DNA from: Ferruginibacter sp.
GTDB taxonomy: Bacteria > Bacteroidota > Bacteroidia > Chitinophagales > Chitinophagaceae
DNA length: 64,000 bases
NCBI GenBank assembly: GCA_031373525.1
Contig: JANMMS010000092.1
Span: forward strand, 4,542 to 68,541
Direction of reading: 5' to 3'
The notes beneath the pieces were generated by a model that made no database searches, was not told the origin of the DNA, and saw nothing but the letters and a program-made list of their open reading frames with translations. Of this stretch, positions 29,897 to 37,947 are shown one piece after another (the stretch's first letter is position 1; every line of letters begins with the position of its first letter). Made by a program: the position numbers and the translations under genes.

Positions 29897-32545
29897 TTAA
29901 AGTGCAGCCAGGCTTTCCTCAATGATCCTGATCTTGGTTTCTGCATCAGCTTTTTTCTTTTGCTCCATGGCCAGTACATCCTGCTTTGCATTCTGAACAA
30001 ATTTTTCATTACCCAGCTTCTTTTCTACTGAAATTAAAAATCCTTTTAAGTGATCCAGTTCTTTTAAAAGATCGGTTTTCTGATGAGTAGTATTGATCGG
30101 TTGTTCTGTTATAATATAGAATTTATCTTTACCGATCACACAAGAGAAACTATCTGCTATGGACGAATGGGTATAAGAAATACTTTTGGCATTAACCTGT
30201 TTGGCCAAAATACTTTCTATTGATTTATATACGACTTCATTGGAAGTGTCAATATGCAGTTCGATCGTTTCTTTTGGTTTTATTTGTTGTTTATTCCTTA
30301 CATCCCTTAATCCGGTAATAATATCCTTCAATAAATTCCCTTTCTCTAAAATCTGCGGATCTGCGGCAACAATGGTTTCAAATTGTTTTATACACAGATC
30401 ATCATTCCTTTCAATTAACAATTGATATACCTCTTCTGTCACAAACGGCATGAACGGGTGCAGCAATTGCATTAATTCAGTAAAGAATGAAATTGTTTTT
30501 TTGTAAACAACAGCATCGATCGGTTGTTCAAAGCCTGGTTTTACCCATTCCAAATACCAGCTGCAGAAATCATCCCATATCAATGAATAAATTGTTTTCA
30601 ATGCTTCGCTTAACCTGAACTGATCTAACATTCCATCCACTTGGCTTTTTACTTCATTTAATTTACTTTCAAACCATATAGTTGCAAAGCTAGTGGCAAG
30701 TGGGGCTTGGCTAGTGGAACCGTCCCCACTTGCTACTCGCCACTCGCCACTGGCCTTTTCCGGTTCCCGACCCGCCCAAAGCTTTACCAACTTCAACGCA
30801 TTCCACATTTTATTATTAAAATTCCTTCCCTGCTCCAAAGCACTTTCATCAAATAAGATATCATTGCCTGCAGGAGAAGCGATCATGATCCCAAATCGCG
30901 TGGCATCAGCGCCGTATTGATCTATCAAACCTAACAGGTCGGGTGAGTTGCCAAGGCTTTTACTCATTTTTCTTCCCTGTTTGTCTCTTACTATTCCGGT
31001 AAAATATACGGATTGAAAAGGCTTTTCATCCATGAATTCAAAACCCGCCATGATCATGCGTGCCACCCAAAAGAAAATAATTTCCGGTGCGGTTACCAAT
31101 GTATTGGTGGGGTAGTAATAATTGATCTCTTTATTCCCCGGATCACTATATCCTTTAAAGACTTCAAACGGCCAGAGCCACGATGAGAACCAGGTATCCA
31201 GGCAGTCTTCATCCTGCTTAAGTTCAAGGTTTCTCGTTTCTGGTTTTTCGTTATGAAGCGCTTCTATACTTTCAGCAACATATACATTTCCTGTTTCATC
31301 ATACCAGGCAGGTATTCTATGTCCCCACCAAAGCTGGCGGCTGATACACCAGTCTTTGATATTCTCCATCCAGTGACGGTAAAGATTTTTGAATTTTGGC
31401 GGATAGAATTTTATTTCTTCTTCCATTACTGTTTTCAATGCCGGTGTTGCAATGTCTTTCATACTGACCCACCATTGTAAACTTAAACGTGGTTCAACCA
31501 CTGCGTCTGTCCGTTCACTATAGCCAACTTCACTGGTATAATCTTCTGTTTTTAAAAGGAAACCTTTTTCTAAAAGTTCAACAACGATCTTCTTCCTGGC
31601 AGCAAAACGATCAAGACCGATATAGATCTGTGCATCATTATTTAAAGTACCATCATCATTGAAGATGTCAACCACTTCCAGTCCGTGTTTCTGGCCAAGC
31701 ATGTTGTCATTTATGTCGTGTGCAGGAGTAACTTTCAGGGCGCCTGATCCGAAATCCATGGTAACATATTCATCTGTAATGATTGGTATCCGTCGATCGA
31801 TCAATGGTACTATGGCAAACTTTCCATGAAGATGTTTATATCTTTCATCATCAGGGTGTACACAGATCGCAGTGTCACCCATGATCGTTTCAGGCCGAAC
31901 CGTTGCGATCACTATAACTTCATTACTGCCTTCAATGGAATATTGTAAATGATATAATTTTTGCTTTGTCTCTTTTCGGATCACTTCCTCATCACTCAGT
32001 GCAGTTAATGCTTTTACATCCCAGTTGATCATGCGTTTACCCCTATAGATAACCCCTTTCTTATGTAAGGCAACAAATACTTTGATCACAGACTCATAAT
32101 AATCCTTGTCCATCGTAAAAGAAGTGCGGTCCCAATCCAGGCTGAATCCCAGTTTTCTCAGTTGCTGTAAAATAATGCCGCCATATTTTTCTTTCCATTC
32201 CCAGGCATAGCCTAAAAATTCATCCCTGCTTAAAGAAGATTTTGTTATACCTCTTTCCCTCAGCATAGCAACAACTTTAGCTTCTGTAGCAATCGAAGCA
32301 TGATCTGTTCCGGGAACCCAACAGGCATTTTTGCCCTGCATCCTGGCTCGGCGAATCAAAATATCCTGGATGGTATTGTTAAGGCAATGGCCCATATGCA
32401 GCACACCGGTCACATTCGGAGGAGGCATTACTATAGTATAAGGTTCTCTGTAGTCAGGAACACTTTTAAAATATCCTTTATCCAGCCAGTGCTGGTACCA
32501 TTTATTCTCTAAAGTCCCGGGTTCAAAGTTTTTTGTTAGTTCCAT
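29897..32545 (-). CDS. valS: Valine--tRNA ligase
   Basis: HMGH (HIGH-type) and KMSKS motifs plus a C-terminal coiled coil. The start is taken at MELTKNFEPG. Carries an in-frame repeat-derived insertion at 30689-30755. Confidence 0.95.
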   Translation of the reverse strand: MELTKNFEPGTLENKWYQHWLDKGYFKSVPDYREPYTIVMPPPNVTGVLHMGHCLNNTIQDILIRRARMQGKNACWVPGTDHASIATEAKVVAMLRERGITKSSLSRDEFLGYAWEWKEKYGGIILQQLRKLGFSLDWDRTSFTMDKDYYESVIKVFVALHKKGVIYRGKRMINWDVKALTALSDEEVIRKETKQKLYHLQYSIEGSNEVIVIATVRPETIMGDTAICVHPDDERYKHLHGKFAIVPLIDRRIPIITDEYVTMDFGSGALKVTPAHDINDNMLGQKHGLEVVDIFNDDGTLNNDAQIYIGLDRFAARKKIVVELLEKGFLLKTEDYTSEVGYSERTDAVVEPRLSLQWWVSMKDIATPALKTVMEEEIKFYPPKFKNLYRHWMENIKDWCISRQLWWGHRIPAWYDETGNVYVAESIEALHNEKPETRNLELKQDEDCLDTWFSSWLWPFEVFKGYSDPGNKEINYYYPTNTLVTAPEIIFFWVARMIMAGFEFMDEKPFQSVYFTGIVRDKQGRKMSKSLGNSPDLLGLIDQYGADATRFGIMIASPAGNDILFDESALEQGRNFNNKMWNALKLVKLWAGREPEKASGEWRVASGDGSTSQAPLATSFATIWFESKLNEVKSQVDGMLDQFRLSEALKTIYSLIWDDFCSWYLEWVKPGFEQPIDAVVYKKTISFFTELMQLLHPFMPFVTEEVYQLLIERNDDLCIKQFETIVAADPQILEKGNLLKDIITGLRDVRNKQQIKPKETIELHIDTSNEVVYKSIESILAKQVNAKSISYTHSSIADSFSCVIGKDKFYIITEQPINTTHQKTDLLKELDHLKGFLISVEKKLGNEKFVQNAKQDVLAMEQKKKADAETKIRIIEESLAAL

Positions 32546-32811
32546 TACGTTCATCTTCATTAAACAAGTTTGCAAAAGTACAAAAAGCGGTTTGGAAAAA
32601 TGGATTGTTTAGAAATGCAGTATTTTTCTTTATTCTGCATTGTTCTGTCCTCTTTCCTGTTATTTGCGTACTCACATATACATTTTAGCCTAAGTCAAAA
32701 TATTTTAAGTAATAAACTAAAATAATTAGTAATTTGCTGTTTTTATATGGTATTCCAGGTAGAAACGACAATTAAAACATCACTCACTTACCAATAAACC
32801 AATAAACCAGT

Positions 32812-34158
32812 TTGTACGCAATCGTTGACATAGAAACTACCGGTGGTCATGCTTCATCCAATGGGATAACGGAAATTGCCATTTATGTACATGACCGTGA
32901 GCGGGTAGTTAAACATTTTAAAACACTGGTCAATCCCGGCCAAAAGATTCCTTTATACATAACTGCACTTACTGGTATCAGTAATGCAATGGTAGCCAGT
33001 GCCCCATCTTTTTGCGAGGTTGCAGCAGAAATATTTGAGCTGCTAAGGGATAATGTATTCATAGCCCACAGTGTAAATTTTGATTTTTCTTTTGTCAATC
33101 ACCAGTTGAAACAGTGTGGATATGAACTTAAAGTAAAGAAACTTTGTACGGTAAGGCTTAGCCGAAAAGTATTTACCGGCCTTCCTTCTTATAGCCTTGG
33201 AAATATTTGTCGCTCTCTGCAGATACCGGTAGAAGACCGGCACCGGGCCGATGGAGATGCCAAAGCGACTGTTATATTATTCGAAAAATTATTACTAAAC
33301 GGCGCAGATACTCATATCAATGCCATGCTAAAAAGATCTTCAGCGGAACAATGGCTGCCATTGCACCTGGAAAAAAAATCGATTAGTCAGTTACCTTCTT
33401 TACCAGGGGTTTACTATTTTCACAATGGTAAAGACAAGGTTATATATGTTGGAAAAGCAATCAATATCAAAAAAAGAATTACCAGTCATTTTACACAAAA
33501 TGACCCGGCAAAAAAACGTCAGTATTTTTTAAGGCATATTCATAGAATTACTTACACGGTTTGTGCAAATGAACTTCAGGCACTGGTTTTGGAAAGTATA
33601 GAGATCAAAAGGCTTTGGCCAAAATATAATGACAGTCAGAAACAACCGGCTCAAAAATATGGGCTGTATTGCTACGAAGACAACAGGGGTTATCTTAGAC
33701 TGGTTATTGATAAAAGGAAAAAACACTTTCCGGCAATATACCAGTTTAACCTGTTGCATGAAGGGCAAGTACTTTTAAGAAAAATGGCCGAAGTTTTTGA
33801 ACTGGATCAAAAACTCTGTTATATTGATAAAACAGTTCTTTCGGCTAAAGAAATGGTTCGACTTGATTCTCCTGATCGCTACAATCATAAGGTAAGAAAG
33901 GCATTGGATCACCTGGAAAAGCAATTACCCACTTTTGCTGTTGTAGATGCAGGATTAAATAAAGATGAAAAATTATATCTACTGATCGAGCGTGGAAGTT
34001 TTTGGGGAATGGGGTATTTAAAATCAGGAGAAAAAATTGAGCATATTTCAGCGTTAAAAGACAAGATCACTGCATATACTGACAATGATTTTATTCGGAA
34101 CAGTGTTTATGCTTATGTTGCAGCTAATCCAGAAAAGAAATTGATATTGAAAAATTGA
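32812..34158 (+). CDS. DEDDh 3'-5' exonuclease (DnaQ-like) fused to a GIY-YIG nuclease domain
   Basis: N-terminal YAIVDIETTGG and HRADGDA (exonuclease motifs I and III). Central GVYYFHNGKDKVIYVGKAINIKKRITSHF (GIY-YIG). TTG start. Confidence 0.8.
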   Translation: MYAIVDIETTGGHASSNGITEIAIYVHDRERVVKHFKTLVNPGQKIPLYITALTGISNAMVASAPSFCEVAAEIFELLRDNVFIAHSVNFDFSFVNHQLKQCGYELKVKKLCTVRLSRKVFTGLPSYSLGNICRSLQIPVEDRHRADGDAKATVILFEKLLLNGADTHINAMLKRSSAEQWLPLHLEKKSISQLPSLPGVYYFHNGKDKVIYVGKAINIKKRITSHFTQNDPAKKRQYFLRHIHRITYTVCANELQALVLESIEIKRLWPKYNDSQKQPAQKYGLYCYEDNRGYLRLVIDKRKKHFPAIYQFNLLHEGQVLLRKMAEVFELDQKLCYIDKTVLSAKEMVRLDSPDRYNHKVRKALDHLEKQLPTFAVVDAGLNKDEKLYLLIERGSFWGMGYLKSGEKIEHISALKDKITAYTDNDFIRNSVYAYVAANPEKKLILKN

Positions 34159-34188
34159 TACCTGTTACCTTGGCAGGATACCTATTTA

Positions 34189-34491
34189 TCAAACTACCAC
34201 TTCAATTGTAGCGCCTATCTTTCTGTCTGTAATTGCATCACATTGTGCTTTAAGCGTATCGTAACTACCTTTTTTTACGGCATATTTACCCTTAGTATGG
34301 ATCAGCATCGCACATTGTTCTGCTTGTTCCTGGCTATGATTACAGATATCTATCAATGTTTCTATAACCCATTCAAAAGTATTGACTTCATCATTCCATA
34401 CGATCAGGCTGAACTGATGATCTGTTTCTGTAAGTAAGTCGGTTACTTCCTGGTCTGAAATAAGGGACTGATATGTTGGAAGTGCTTGCAT
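34189..34491 (-). CDS. clpS: ATP-dependent Clp protease adaptor
   Basis: LIVWNDEVNTFEWVIETLIDICNHSQEQAEQCAMLIHTKGKYAVKKGS is the canonical ClpS core. Confidence 0.9.
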   Translation of the reverse strand: MQALPTYQSLISDQEVTDLLTETDHQFSLIVWNDEVNTFEWVIETLIDICNHSQEQAEQCAMLIHTKGKYAVKKGSYDTLKAQCDAITDRKIGATIEVVV

Positions 34492-34551
34492 GATATAACT
34501 CCTGCAAATTTATGAAACTTTGTTATTATTATTAAAACAAAATTCTGATTT

Positions 34552-34586
34552 AAAAAAGAGAAACCCCACAATTACTTGTGAGGTTT
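34552..34586 (-). terminator. Rho-independent terminator of the ancestral tRNA-Val locus
   Basis: Minus strand reads aaacctcacaa-gtaa-ttgtggggttt (11-bp stem) followed by ctcTTTTTT. It lies directly 3' of the tRNA fragment. Confidence 0.75.
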
Positions 34587-34587
34587 T

Positions 34588-34630
34588 GTGGGAGTTGACG
34601 GGGTCGAACCGCCGACCCTCTGCTTGTAAG
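34588..34630 (-). repeat. attL: 43-bp direct repeat equal to the 3' part of tRNA-Val (fragment only)
   Basis: gtgggagttgacggggtcgaaccgccgaccctctgcttgtaag is identical to 50092-50134. It lacks the tRNA 5' half. Confidence 0.9.
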
Positions 34631-34781
34631 TTAGAAAACAAATGATAACACATAATTTTTGATAATTGACCGTAATAGTAAGATTCAATGTAGTAAAGGG
34701 TTAATGATAAACAATGATAAACGATGATAGACAATAATATATATATTTGTGATGGAATGGTGACGGAATCATTATAACAGC

Positions 34782-36005
34782 ATGAATATAAATAAAGCCA
34801 AAGCAGCCATATACCTGGACAAAACACATCCTAAGCAAAATAAGGAGTGTGCAATCTATATTCGTGTCACATATAACCGGGTAAGAAAATATTACCCTAC
34901 TTCTAAAAGCCTTACTGAAATTGATTTTGAAAAGGCAGTTAGTGAAAAGCCTGGCAAAAGATTAGAAGATACTGCCCATGATATCCAACAAAAAAAAGTA
35001 GAAGCCCAATTAATCATTAATAACCTGCCTTACTTCACTTTTGAATTATTTGAAAAAAAGTTTATTAGTAATAGATCCATAAATGACACAATTGCAGATA
35101 TGTTTGATTTTGTAATTAAGAAATTAAAGGATAACGATCAAATTGGAACTGCAGTTTCTTATGGATGTGCGAAAAAAAGCATTGAAACTTTTCGGCCAGG
35201 ATTAAAATTTACTGATATCAATGTTTTTGTTCTCCAATCGTATGAGAAATGGATGCTGGGGGAAAAAAAGAGCACTACTACAATTAGCATTTATTTAAGA
35301 CACCTCCGGACGCTTTTTAATAATGCAATAGAAGACGGCTTTATTACAAAGGATATTTACCCATTTGGGAAAAGGAAATATGAAATACCGCAAAGTAATA
35401 ACGTTAAGAAGGCACTTACTTTAAAAGAAGTTGGTTTGATTTTTAATTATCGTTCTAAGCCTGGCACTACTACCGATAGGGCTAAAAACTATTGGCTTTT
35501 TATGTATTTATGCAATGGTATGAACATGAAGGATATGGCAATGCTGAAATATGAAAACATTAAAGGTAAATTCATTGAATTTCAGCGGGCCAAGACAGCC
35601 AGGACAAAGAGAAATGTTGTGCAGATTAGAGTTGTACTGACACCTGAAATTGAAGCTATAATAAAAAAATGGGGCAACCACAACAAACAACCAGGTAATT
35701 ATATTTTCCCCATACTCACCAAAGGTATTACAGCTGTCCGGGAAAGGCAATTGATTCAACAAATTATTTCTGTTGTAAATGATCACATGAAAATAATAGG
35801 AACTGATTTAAAAATAGAACAAGAGGTAACAACTTATACCTGTAGGCATTCATTTGCTACTATCCTTCAAAGAAGTGGTATTTCTACTGAGTTTATAAGC
35901 GAAGCTTTGGGGCATTCTAATTTAAGAACAACACAAAACTATCTTGCAGGTTTTGAAGATGAAAAGAAGAATGAAGTTGCAAAAATACTAACATCATTTA
36001 AATGA
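34782..36005 (+). CDS. Tyrosine recombinase / site-specific integrase (Bacteroidota type with N-terminal arm-binding domain)
   Basis: The C-terminal catalytic region TYTCRHSFATILQRSGISTEFISEALGHSNLRTTQNYL supplies the HxxR, H and Y residues. 407 aa. Confidence 0.9.
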   Translation: MNINKAKAAIYLDKTHPKQNKECAIYIRVTYNRVRKYYPTSKSLTEIDFEKAVSEKPGKRLEDTAHDIQQKKVEAQLIINNLPYFTFELFEKKFISNRSINDTIADMFDFVIKKLKDNDQIGTAVSYGCAKKSIETFRPGLKFTDINVFVLQSYEKWMLGEKKSTTTISIYLRHLRTLFNNAIEDGFITKDIYPFGKRKYEIPQSNNVKKALTLKEVGLIFNYRSKPGTTTDRAKNYWLFMYLCNGMNMKDMAMLKYENIKGKFIEFQRAKTARTKRNVVQIRVVLTPEIEAIIKKWGNHNKQPGNYIFPILTKGITAVRERQLIQQIISVVNDHMKIIGTDLKIEQEVTTYTCRHSFATILQRSGISTEFISEALGHSNLRTTQNYLAGFEDEKKNEVAKILTSFK

Positions 36006-36008
36006 TTT

Positions 36009-36167
36009 ATGGATAAGCAAAATAAAAATAAGCAGGAAAGCAAAGTAAAAAGATTACTTACACCTGCAGAAAAAGAATTGGTAAATCTTATATCAAAAAT
36101 TATCGTTGCAAATACAATAAGTAAGGCCAGTACAGAAATAAAGTTGAAATACAAAAATGACCAGTGA
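36009..36167 (+). CDS. Possible 52-aa ORF (MDKQNKNKQESKVKRLLTPAEKELVNLISKIIVANTISKASTEIKLKYKNDQ)
   Basis: Hand-translated; below the ORF-track cutoff. It starts 4 nt after the integrase stop and overlaps the next ORF by 11 nt. Confidence 0.25.
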   Translation: MDKQNKNKQESKVKRLLTPAEKELVNLISKIIVANTISKASTEIKLKYKNDQ

Positions 36168-37104
36168 ACAAATAAATATATTAATTAAACACGGTGATAT
36201 TTGCCCGGTATCGTCTTCCCATTCTGATATGAGTGAATGTACTTTCACTGATACAGATCAAAATATTGAATACTGTATAAGTATTAAAATGTATGAGATT
36301 TTTGAAAGATTATTCAGCGAATATTTAGAATTTGAAGTTGATTTTGATCATAAAGTATTTATAGATGCAATCAATAATAAATCTGAATTTATTTCCCCGT
36401 TAAAAGAGGATAGAATTACATTTTACAAAGATTATTTAAAGGAGCAAAATGATGAACTTACTTCTTTACTGGATGAAATTTATACTGTTAGTATAGACAC
36501 TATAGATTTAGCAAAATCCTTATGGCCAATATTTTTATTGAAAAACGGTATGTACCTAATAGAATGTTTAAAATTTACAGTTTTAAAAGGTAAAAAGTTA
36601 GAAGCGTTTTCATGGGGCTATTCAGGCACCCCACGATCAAAAAATCATACTTACATAAAAGAATTTTTTTATGCTAGCTCAATAAAAAATCTTTATACAA
36701 TTGTAACAATCGGCGAAAATATTAGATTTCTTAAAAGCTGCATTCTTGAAATAGACGAATCGAAAAATGAAACTACTAATAACCAAAAAAGTAAAAAAGT
36801 TACCCATAGGGATAATGCAATAGCCTATATTTTTAAACAAAATATGCCGAATAGTCACTTTGCCGTATTGACCCGGATAGATTCGAGAAATTTACTGAAC
36901 GAAGAAGGTAAGCCATTCGGTAAGAATTTTGAAATAGCTCTGGGCAATCTTACATACTTTGGAAAAAATAAAAAAACTAAATACAAGCCTTATAATTCAA
37001 AAGACTTACAACGAGTAATTGATTTAAAATTACTAGATAATTACCCAGAAGCTTTAAAGGCCCTTAAAGAAGAATTAATTAAACTAATTGCCAAAAGTAG
37101 CTAA
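36157..37104 (+). CDS. Hypothetical protein (element cargo between integrase and Xis-like gene)
   Basis: 315-aa intact ORF with no recognisable motifs. Confidence 0.5.
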   Translation: MTSEQINILIKHGDICPVSSSHSDMSECTFTDTDQNIEYCISIKMYEIFERLFSEYLEFEVDFDHKVFIDAINNKSEFISPLKEDRITFYKDYLKEQNDELTSLLDEIYTVSIDTIDLAKSLWPIFLLKNGMYLIECLKFTVLKGKKLEAFSWGYSGTPRSKNHTYIKEFFYASSIKNLYTIVTIGENIRFLKSCILEIDESKNETTNNQKSKKVTHRDNAIAYIFKQNMPNSHFAVLTRIDSRNLLNEEGKPFGKNFEIALGNLTYFGKNKKTKYKPYNSKDLQRVIDLKLLDNYPEALKALKEELIKLIAKSS

Positions 37105-37193
37105 TGATAGGAACTGTAGCGTATAACGTAGCCACTACAATGTAAATCCCTTCCACTTTTATTTAACATTTGCGCTTATATAAAACAGCACAA

Positions 37194-37544
37194 ATGGAAC
37201 AAATTACCCAGCCTTTATTTTTAACGACATTAACAGCACCTGAATTAAAAAGCTTATTCAGAAGTGAAATTGAAAATTATTTCAGTGAAAATAATAGTAT
37301 AAAATCACAGCAAAGTATTAATGAAGATGTTATTCTAAACATTCACCAGGCAGCAAAGTATATTAATCTTTCAATTCCTTCAATTTATCGTTTGCACGGC
37401 GCCAAAGCAATACCTGTATCTAAAAAGGGTAATAAGTTGAGATTTAGCAAACAAGCATTAACTAAATGGATGATGGGGGGCCGGGAAAAAACTCTAAAAA
37501 AAATTGAAAAGGATGCTGAAAATACGAACTCAATAAGTCAATAA
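37194..37544 (+). CDS. Excisionase / AlpA-like helix-turn-helix DNA-binding protein
   Basis: ILNIHQAAKYINLSIPSIYRLHGAKAIPVSKKGNKLRFSKQALTKWM matches the HTH_17/excisionase pattern. A hairpin (atgcaac...gttgcat) plus T-run follows. Confidence 0.7.
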   Translation: MEQITQPLFLTTLTAPELKSLFRSEIENYFSENNSIKSQQSINEDVILNIHQAAKYINLSIPSIYRLHGAKAIPVSKKGNKLRFSKQALTKWMMGGREKTLKKIEKDAENTNSISQ

Positions 37545-37715
37545 AAAAATGCAACCTTTTAGAGCTTAAAAAAAGTTGCATTTTTTATCAACAATAAAAA
37601 AACTGAACCCCGTAGAAAAACAAATATACTTCTTTTTTGCATTTTTCATATCACTTTACATAGAAGCTAGATTTTGTTATCCATTCGGGGTTTTAAAAAC
37701 CCAATCCTAAATAAA

Positions 37716-37946
37716 ATGAGTGGAAAACATTTACCCAAAGCAAAAGCCTCACCTAATTTCAAGCACCGCAAATTTATTATTAAGAATAATAAGAAAGAGC
37801 ATTTTAAACGGCATAGAGAAGCTGTAATTATTTTATCAGGCAATTCAGCATTTAAGTGCTATCAATACCGGTTTGGGTATTTTACATATAAAGGGAAAAG
37901 GCGAAGGTTTTCAATTCTATTACTTAACTCTAAAAAATTTAAGTAA
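37716..37946 (+). CDS. Possible small, very basic protein upstream of the primase-helicase
   Basis: 76 aa from the ATG, Lys/Arg-rich. Its stop is 1 nt before the primase ATG (taaaATG). It could equally be a non-coding leader. Confidence 0.2.
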   Translation: MSGKHLPKAKASPNFKHRKFIIKNNKKEHFKRHREAVIILSGNSAFKCYQYRFGYFTYKGKRRRFSILLLNSKKFK

Positions 37947-37947
37947 A

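Noticed and set aside
34589-34630. Possible second tRNA gene.
   Set aside because: Only the 3' 42 nt (anticodon loop to discriminator) are present. There is no acceptor 5' strand or D-arm, so it is the attachment-site duplicate.
34510-34827. 105-aa minus-strand ORF across the clpS-integrase gap.
   Set aside because: It runs through the tRNA-Val fragment (attL), its terminator and the integrase start. It has low-complexity composition and no motif.
37674-37946. Full 90-aa ORF from the TTG start as a confident gene.
   Set aside because: The composition is extremely basic and low-complexity, and the TTG start lies inside a palindrome. It is retained only as a low-confidence feature from the internal ATG.
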